A stretch of DNA of 64,000 nt from Octopus bimaculoides (lineage: Eukaryota), in assembly GCF_001194135.2 (NCBI RefSeq), contig NC_068982.1, forward strand, positions 129,133,180 to 129,197,179, in the 5' to 3' direction. Shown here piece after piece: positions 1-10,388 of this stretch. Numbering within the stretch: the first letter of the stretch is position 1; every line of letters begins with the position of its first letter. The position numbers and the translations under genes are program-made. The notes below the pieces were generated by a model. That model saw only the letters and a list, made by a program, of their open reading frames with translations, had not been told where the DNA came from and did not search any database.

Positions 1-118
1 ACTTGATCTGCAATTCTTCATGTGTTTTCCTGAATTTTTCAGCTGTTTCACATGTATCTCCAATATCAATATTGCACGAAAGTAGTTTTTCACCAGGTCC
101 AAGAATCCAGTCAACAAC
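1..118 (-). CDS. SESTD1-like coding exon 9, cut by the window edge (VVDWILGPGEKLLSCNIDIGDTCETAEKFRKTHEELQIK)
   Basis: ttaacag|GTTGTT; spectrin-repeat motif VxxWxxGPG...IGD...A..L...HEE. Confidence 0.9.
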
Positions 119-901
119 CTGTTAATTGAAGATTTAGAATTACATTACCATAAAATTATATAATATAATATAATTACCATAATACTATATAAATTACGTA
201 GTACTAATGCAAAATTATTTTTAAATACTTTTAAAATTAATGTTTTAATTTTCAATAGATTAACTCACATTGAAAAGAGAATTAAATAAAATTATTTATA
301 CAATAGAAAACTATAGTTTAAGTGATATTAAATATTACTTTTCATCACAGACACAAGCACACACACACACACTAACGCATATACAAATACAACAAACCTC
401 TTTAGTTTCCATCTACCAATTTACTCACAAGGCATTTGTCAGTCCAGGGCTATATAACAAAATATACTTGCCCATTGCACCACACAATGGGACTGAACCT
501 AAAACCTTGTGATTGTGGAACAAACATATATCAATAGGTGCAGGCATAGCTATGTGATAAGAAGTTTACTTCTCAACCATAAGGTTCTGGGTTCAGTACT
601 ACTGTATGGTGACTTGGGAAAATATCTTCTATTATAGCCTTGGGCCAACCAAAACCTTGTGAGAGAATTTGGTAGACAGAAACTGAAAGAAGCCTGCTGT
701 ACACACACACACGTGTGTGTGTGTCTATGTTTGTACCCCACCACTGCTTGACAATTGGTGTGGGTGTGTTTGCATTCCCTGCAACATGGTGGTTTGACAA
801 CAGAAACGAATAGATTAAGTACCAGGCTTTACAAAAATAAGTACTGGGGTCTATTCATTCAACTAAAACACATGACAGTAGTTTAATGACTGAAACAAGA
901 T

Positions 902-942
<41 letters not shown>

Positions 943-2849
943 CTGTCAGCACACAGTCAATGTGATGGATGTGGTGGAGATGATATAAGTCAAATGAGCT
1001 TGACCTTGACGGACAGATGACAGACTGAATGTACACAGGCAAGGAATCTGAGGCCCCACAAACAGGAAAATCCTTGTAAGTAAATACTTAGACCAATGCC
1101 TTGCAAATACAAATCTGAAATGTCAGATTTTCATTCTCTATCAATGCACCAGAAACACTTCAAACCAATTCCGATTAAATAAGGAAAATATGTTTATTAA
1201 AGAATATGAACCACAACTAAATATCCTATAACACACCAGAAAATAAAAACCCCAACTCCAAACTACTGTACAGTAAACACCTTACACCTTCTCAAACACC
1301 AGCTGCTGACATCACCTCAGACTAAACCAATGAGATTTTTCTCATGTTTATTTGTTATGATCTTCATTGAACATTTACACTTATATTACTGTCTATCCCT
1401 ATGAAACTCACTGAAATTTCTGTGAAAATTTGAACATTTGATTGTTTAAATAGGTTTTTCCATATTTTAATTTGCAACTATAAACTCTCCTAAACCTTTT
1501 GTTTATTTTATTCTCACCATTGTAAGCAAAAAATTGTATTTGAATAAATCTATTACAAAATTTTAAAATGACTACATGCTTTGCAATTCAAATGCATTTT
1601 CAAATTCTCCTATATTTTTTCCTGCATGGGAATACACTTCTCTCCATCTATACACATGAATCATTTCATCCTGTTGAACCATTAATCCATACACATTTTG
1701 TCTCTCTCCATTTTCTACATTCTCTCTCCATTTTTCCCCCTCTCAATCCTTTCTGTCAAAACGCGTAGGCTGAAACATCAAAGATTGTTCCATTCTTTCC
1801 TAACATCAAACTAATATATCTGCTTGTTGTTCTTTCATCTGAGTTGTCTTTTGTTTTCTGTAAATTTGAACTATATATACATATATTACACTGGCACATG
1901 AAAAGCAACATTTGAGCGTGGTCATTGCAAGTGCTGCCAGATTGGCTCCCATGCAGGTGGCATGTAAAAAACACCTTTTGAGTGTGGTTGTTGCCAGTAC
2001 AGCCTGACAGGCCCTCATACCAGTGGCACGTAAAAGCACCCACTACACTCTCAGAGTGGTTAGCATTAGGATGGGCATCCAGCTGTAGAAACTTTGCCAG
2101 ATCAGATTGGAGCCTGGTGCAGCCTTCTGGCTCGCCAGTCTTCAGTCAAACCGTCCAACCCATGCCAGCATAGAAAGCGGACGTTAAACGACTATGATGA
2201 TGATGATGATGATTACATACCGTACTTATAGAAATTTGTAATTCTGAAATTATTTCTTTCCTTCCAGCTGAGTGAGTTTCATTTTCCTGGATTTGAAGCA
2301 ATCTTTCCATTTTTCTCTCCAAAAAATGGATAACTCGTTTCACTTGTTTCTGAGTTTCTAAATTGTCTAAGGTAAATACTGTATCTTCTTCACTACTGAA
2401 AGACTGTTCACCATTTTTCTGCAACTGATTCAACAGAATTTTCCCTGAAGAAAATTAAAAAGAAAACATGAGAGAAAGAAATTTAATTTTGCTTTAATCA
2501 GAAGTCTCCAAACTTATTCTCAGAACTTGTGTCTATATTTTATAAACAGCCCACACCATCTAAATTATAATGAAACATTAAACAAAGCAAACACTCATTT
2601 AGAGAAAAAACATTTATTTATATAAGAAAACATGTAATAATTTATTATTTTGAAAATGGTCAATACCGCTTGTTTTTAAGATAAATTGTTAGGTTGCAAG
2701 CATGGCAGTGTGGTTAAGAAGTTTGCTTTGCAACCATGTGATTTCGGTTTTAGTCTCACTGCATGGCATCTTGGACAAGTGTCTTCTACTCTAGCTCCAG
2801 GCTGACCAAGCCCTAGAAACCTGTTGTATATTCAATATATATATATATG

Positions 2850-2911
<62 letters not shown>

Positions 2912-3295
2912 CAGTGACAGTGGCATATAAAAGGCACAAGTGTAAATAACACATAAAACACATCCATAGAAACAATGAGGCATCCTAGAAACAGTGAGGC
3001 ATACAACACTATTGTGCAAAATCTTCCTTTACTAACTACAGACCCGAAAGTGAACAACATCCTGAAAGCATATAAATTCATCAAATACAAAAAGCAACAC
3101 AAATCGCTAAAGAGACTTCTAACAAATGTGAAGCTTTACACAACAACCATGAAATCAACAGTTAAAAAATGTGGACGCCCAAACTGTGGAACATGCCTCA
3201 ACCTACTTGAAGGCTCGGATTTCCTTTTCAAACATGGAGAGAGGTTCACAATTAAAACCAACTTCACCTGTGCCTCTGAGAACCTAATTTATGTA

Positions 3296-3327
<32 letters not shown>

Positions 3328-6300
3328 GGGGTATGTGTATGTTTGTGTTTCCTTGTCTTGTGTGATAGTTGTAAATGAGTGTCATACACGCAATGTCATT
3401 CATTTCCAATATTCTGTATGAACATGGCCATGGGGAAAGATTACTTCGCTTGGAAGCAGGTAAGCGTTGGCAAAGGAAAGGGCATTCAGCCATAGGAAAT
3501 TCGCTTCAATAAACTCTGACCCATGCAAGCATGAAAATGAAGGACATTAAAACAATGATGATTCAAACCAATGAATATCAGCAGTTCAAGCTGTATATAA
3601 GTCATTGAATCAATAAATCTAGTTATTCCATATCCCAATATCTTTATCCTGGAAATTTCAAACAAATGTAATTTTGTAATTTTTGCTTTTTATATGGTAA
3701 TGTATCTTAAATTCATTTAACTTACCATAATTAATAACATTTGCAGGTACAGACATCACAGTATTATTCCATTTATGGCGTCTCTTCAAATCAGCAACTG
3801 GACTTAAAGAATTATCTTTAGCAGAAACCCGGTGGATCTGAGCTTCAGCATGATCCAAGTGATTTGAAGCTGATTTAGAGTCTTTCATGAACTTTTCAAA
3901 ATCCTATTGAATAAAAAATAGATACATTAAAATGTAGTATTTTTATCAAAGTTTACTTCATATTTTAAAACAGTGGTTAATTATAAATTGTAGATGGGGA
4001 AAGACTTCTAAAATGAACTGAGTCAATATTTAACATAGGAAAAACATCTATATTAATAACAATACCTTTATGGTAAATTAGAAAATTTTTAGGAAGTTGA
4101 CATATTATGGTATCAAAACTTTAACTACTATTACACACTTGAAGGGTTATTTTTAAATCTTAATGAAAAAAAAATTATTTTGAAAATATTTACTGTATTA
4201 TACATGCAATGAAAATAAAAATTTATAAAAGTAAATTTCAAAAAAGCAATGCAAAATGCTCAGCAACGGTGTTTATACTTACCATACGATTCTGAAGCCA
4301 ATGGCTGTGTTTAAAAGGTAACTGTCCACCAAGATTTTCAGTCAGTTGGTAGGGACTTATAAAATTTGTCAACTGTTTTAATGTGACATACTGAATCTGT
4401 AAATGGATTTCATAAAGAAAAGAAAGAAAAAAAATCAAAGGTAAGCAAACATAAAAATCAATATTCATCAACAAAATATTCCCACCCATCTATCTCTTCC
4501 ACATCTATTCCTGGAAGGGTCATAGGGGGAAATACCAGACATCTCCTCCATTAGGGTCCTCTCAGAAGCAACTGTCATTACACTTCCTGGCTGGATCCCC
4601 AAACATGACCAACTGAGACTATGGATATTATTCGATCATCTCATTCGTGGTCTACCCTTAGATCTCCTGCTATTTGACTTGGCTTGAAGAATCTGTCTTG
4701 TGATTCTTTCCAGTAACATTCTGATCAAATGTCCTTAGTACCAGAGCTGTTACCTCTTAATGTGGAGAAGTAGCAGCTTGACTTGGAGAGACTCCCTGAT
4801 CTCAGAGCTATGTACCCTGTTAAGTTAAACTATTCCAGAGATCCTTTGGAAGAACTCCCTTTCATCTGCTTGTATTCACAATCATACATTTTTGGTCATT
4901 ATCCAATATTCATGACCATAGGTGAGAATAGGTATAAAAACCAAATTGCAGATAGCAAGTTTGGCTCTTTTGTTTTCACCAATGTCTCCTCATCTGAGAA
5001 TTGCCTGCAGAAGTTTGTGCATTATTGCAGCAGCAGCAGCAGCAGTTATAGCATCCAATTGTAATTTATTTTTTATCAAGTTGGCTTTTTTCGATGCTCC
5101 TATATTAATTATACACTCACAAGGCTTTGTTTGGCCCTAGGCTACAGTAGAAGACACTTGCCCAAGGTACCACCAGTGGGACTGAACCAGGAACCATGTG
5201 GTGTGGAAGCAAAAGTCTTATCACAGAGCCACACCTGCAACCATGTATATATTTAAATGTCAAGTGATAGAAATGGAGAGATATGTAGAGATACTTTTAT
5301 TAGTAAAATATACTAGTGAGTCAAAGATAAATGTAAAATAATTAAAAATGGCCTGTTACAAAGATAAGCTGCTGATCCCTACATTAGAATTTAAAGTTAA
5401 AGTACCCTGTCAGCAATGTCTATATTCAAACGTCCAGGATTATCTTCAGGAGATGTTTTCAGTATTAAAATTCTTTTTAATTGTTCATGTAGTGATTTCT
5501 GAAAGAAATGTAGAAAATATATGTATTTAAATTGTAATTGTGAAAAACAATTAATGCTGAAAAATAAAACAAATAAGTTGAAATAAATAAAAAATATAAT
5601 TATAAAACTGAAACATTCCAAGTTCAAGTAATCATGTCTAAACAACTGGTCAATATTGAAATGAAATATGCTTTACAGTGAGCTATACATTTTTATTTAA
5701 CACATATTTTGGAATGAGCCAATGAGGCAGCCCCTATGTGATTCACTCAATGTACTAGAAATAACAGCCAAACTGTAAAATCACATCACATTATTTCAGT
5801 TATACTATGTCTCAATAAAAGACAATATAATCTTGACTACAATGCATTTAATCATATGAGGGGTGTTCTTTAAAGATTTCCCCTGACTCACTTCCCAAGA
5901 ACTGGGATAAGCGAAACTTGGCATAATTATTAGCCTTTCTCTACATAGCCACCACCAATGGTGACACACTTCAACCACCGTTTTATGCAGCTGTGAAGAC
6001 CTTGTCTGTAGAAGTCAGTAGGTTATGTCTGAGCCAAGACTTTACCTCAGAAATAAGCTCATCATCATCCGTAAAGTGTTTCCCCTTCAAAAAAGACTTC
6101 ATGGTTGGAAAGAGGTGGAAGTTAGATGGTGCAAGGCCAGGAGAGTAAGGGGGATGAGGAAGGATTTCATAGCTGCAGGAGTGTGCTTTCATCTGGGCAA
6201 CAAGCGTATTGTGAACTGGGGTGTTGTCTTGGATGAGGCAGACTCCTTTGGTCAGCATGCCACGCCTCTCTGCTTTGATGGCGTCCAGCAATTTCTGCAG

Positions 6301-7885
6301 CAGAGAAACATAATATATCCCATGAATGGTGGTGCTCTTTGCCAGAAAATCCACCATCACTACTCCGTGTAGGTACCAAAAGGCTGTGAGCATCACCTTG
6401 CCTGCTGAGGGTTGGACATGAGCCTTCTTTGGAAGTGGTGAGTGATTATACTTCCATTGCTTCGACTGGTCATTAGTCTCAGGATCATAGTGATGTTTCA
6501 TCCTGTATGATAAGTATGCCACAAAAGTCCTCCTCGTTTACTTGGCACATTGCCATAAGAACCTGGGAGCAATTGACTTGTTCCTGCTTCTGAAAAGGTG
6601 TGAGCATCCAGGGAATCCACAACTTCTGCATGTGCAAATGGTTGTGAATGTTTTTTTTTTTTCCCACAGACCCTACATTTATCTTCACTTCTTGGGCTAG
6701 TTGTCGAATAGTTATGCAGCAATCCTCCAAAATGATGGCTTCCACTTTATGGATGGTGTAGTCATCAATGGCGAAATGTGGCCATCCAGGAATGGGAGCA
6801 GTTTCCACCGATGTCCAACTGCATTTGAATTGGCAATGCCAGTGCTTGACAATGTCATATGATGGTGCATTGTAATCATAAACTTCTTTCATTTCATCAA
6901 AAGTTTCTTTTGGTGTACGACCTTTCAAGTATAAGAACCTGATCACTGATAAGCCCTTAGTCCACTTCAGCAGCAGAAGTAAAAAACAAACGAATACTAG
7001 TGGAAAGCTGAAATGCAAAAAGTTGGAATAAATACTACATTTTATCCGAACCCCTAACAACTTTGTCAATTTTCTGTGCTTTACAATAAAGGTATGAAGT
7101 GCCTTACCTTTAAAACCTCCAGAAGATAATACAAATCTGACCAGGTTTCTGATCTGTTGTCAATAATCACTGTAAATCCTTGCCATTGAGATTCTTCACT
7201 GAAAATAACATTTCATATGGAATTTTAGGAATGATTTAATGGTTTCAAATTTTGGCACAAGGTTAGCAATTTGAGGGGAGGGAGAAGTTGATTACATTGA
7301 CCCCAGTGCTCAATCTCAAAAGGATGACAGGTGAAACTGACCATGACAGAATCTTAACATTGAGCATAAAGAGCTGGAAAAAATATCACTAGACATTTTG
7401 TCTGGCACATTAATGAGTCTGCCAGCTTGCTGCTTTCATTTTAGAAAAATTTTAATAATTAACTGACAGTTATACATGATAAAAAAAATCATGAGTTTTG
7501 GTTTTGTAAAAATTATCACATATATTTAATTAGCCCCAGCATATTAGTCAATCTCAGATAATAAACAAAGCCAGCTCCAAGATAGTTTAAAAAGAGATGC
7601 AAGAGACATCAAGTATGATGAATAAATCAATGTTTATAAGTATTTTTCAGTTACAGTAGCCACAAGTCATATCTTAAACAATAACACCTCTAGTTTATTT
7701 TCTCTTGAAATTATAATAAATTAATTTTCAAATTCTCAATATTTCAGACATATTGTGTGTTAGTGTTGCTAACCAGATTATCATGCTCTGTTGGTGATAT
7801 CTAGCTTTAAGTACAAGGTGGTTATCTATAGCCCAAGGCTTACAAAAGCTTTGTAAGACAGAACTTGAAAGAAGCCTGTTATATA

Positions 7886-7925
<40 letters not shown>

Positions 7926-8700
7926 TCTCTTTGTCTTGACATTGCATAGTAGTTCTAAAAACAAGCATTACCATCATGCAAGCAGGTACTGGCATCAACC
8001 ACGTTCGGATGGCGCTTTTTACATGCCACCGGCACAGGTGCCAGTCAGGTGGAACTGGCAATGACCATGCTTGAATGATTTTTTTTTACATGCCACCAGC
8101 ATGGAACCAGTCATGTGGCACTGGCTAATTAGACAAAACATCTTAAGTTTTCTCAAAATTTTCCCTTCAATGTTAAACACATCTTTGACAAATATGATGA
8201 GTAATAGTTCTTAATGTAAGTATTTGAAGGCAGCTTGATATGTACAAATGTTAAAATAACCAATATATTCAGCAATGCTTATTCACTATGACTAGTTTCA
8301 GGAAATATTTTAAGTTTTCTCAAAATCCTTCTTTCACATCTAAACAAATTTTAAAGAAGAATTTATAATTAATATTTCTTAGTATGTGTTTATGAGAAAC
8401 TTAATGTAACAATTTGAAAGATACAGAATGAACAAAAAAAAAACAATAAAATGTAAACAAAACCATTACCTTGGAATTTGTGACAAATATTCAATACAAT
8501 CATATATGTCCTTTTGGTTGAAAGTCACAGGCTCCCTGTGCATTGGGAAAGTCAAAATTGGACCCCCTTCTTTGTCTCTTCCACCTGGTCACATAAAACA
8601 ACGTTGAAGGTCAAAGTTAAATGTGGTGTGTATGTGTGTATTCAAATTAAAAAATATAGCTTTAGTAGAAGAGACAGAAGTCAAAACACAAGGTTTTGTG

Positions 8701-8741
<41 letters not shown>

Positions 8742-10345
8742 ATGCATGTATATAGCTAGGTAGATAAGGAGGCAGATATATATATATGACAACAAAGGTT
8801 CCAGTTAATCCAATCAATGGAACAGCCTGCTCATACAAGTGACTGAGCACTCTACAACACAAACATGCTTATCCCTAATGAAGTCTCAGGGAGATTCAGC
8901 ATGACACAGAATATGACAAGGTTGGCCCTTTGAATTACAGGTACAACTCATTTTTGCCAGCTGAGTGAACTGGAGCAACATGAAATAAAGCATTTTTCTC
9001 AAGGACACAACATGCTGCTGGGAACCAAACTCACAGCCTCACTATCATAAGCTGAATACTCTAATCACTTAACCACAACAGAAACAAACAAATGAATTAT
9101 ATGGTATTCTTATAATCATTTCATTAAGAAACTTTATTGCATTGCAACTCAGTAAAAAGCACCCAGTACACTCAGTAAAGTGGTTGGCAAAGGAAGGACA
9201 TCCAGCAGTAGAAACATGCCAAGGGCAGACAATCGAGGTACGAGCTGCCTGCTGCAGTCTTCTGACTTACCAGCTCCTGTCAAAAACCATCCAACCCATG
9301 CTAGCATGGAAAATTGGCATTAAATTATACATTTATACATTAATATAACATATAACAGGAAGAGAAAGAAAATGGAATTCATGAGATTCTTTAATAATCA
9401 CTATGATCATTTTGACTTATCATGCACCTAGCTGTGCATGATACACCTAACTGTGGTGTATCATTCAGTGCAGATGTACCTCATCAGGTGATTTGTCAAA
9501 ATTTGCCTTGTTTTTTAACTTCCATTTTGCTTATTTCAATTAGAATACATTTTGGTATTTGCCTGTAGCTAATTGCATACAGGAGAAAAGATGAGTTAGA
9601 ATGAAGAAGAGTTCTCTTATAGGTAATAAATATACTTAAGGGCTGAAACATTCAGCCCTTAAGTAACTTATGTATGTAACTCTATAGCCACTTAACATGT
9701 GTGTGTGTGTTGTGAAATAGTTAAAAAAGTTGAATATGTACTAAAAGTTCTTATTTAATTTCAAAATCTGACATCATTATTATTTTTTTTATTTTCAAAA
9801 CACTATATTTTGAAATTATGAAACAAAAATGAAAACAAAAAGCATTTAATGATTCTATATTTCTAAATTATAAAAAAAATTGGATCTTTTACTTTTCCTC
9901 TCTCTCTTTCTCTCTCTCTCTCTGTTTGTAAACCCTCTACACTAATTCACCAAGTACATCCAAATGTTATCTCTTCTGATCATTCACTACATTCAAACTA
10001 TATTAACTATTACAATGTTATGATGTAACACTACAAAACTAATAATCTTTCTATTCTGTACTATCATAATTTGAAGAGTACATGTAACACATAAAAATAT
10101 GTTATACAGCAGATCCACCCAATTCTTTGCAACATAGAAAAAGAATGTCAAATAAATGATGATGATAATACATAAACGCAGGAGTGGCTGTGTGGTAAGT
10201 AGCTTGCTTACCAACCACATGGTTCCGGGTTCAGTCCCACTGCGTGGCATCTTTGGCAAGTGTCTTCTACTATAGCTTCAGGCTGACCAAAGCCTTGTGA
10301 GTGGATTTGGTAGAAGGAAACTGAAAGAAGCCCATCGTATATATG

Positions 10346-10388
<43 letters not shown>

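Noticed and set aside
1756-2043. ORF with an AG acceptor near 1858 as an extra SESTD1-like exon
   Set aside because: Exon 8 joins exon 9 in phase with continuous homology; this stretch has no family similarity and overlaps a LINE tail.
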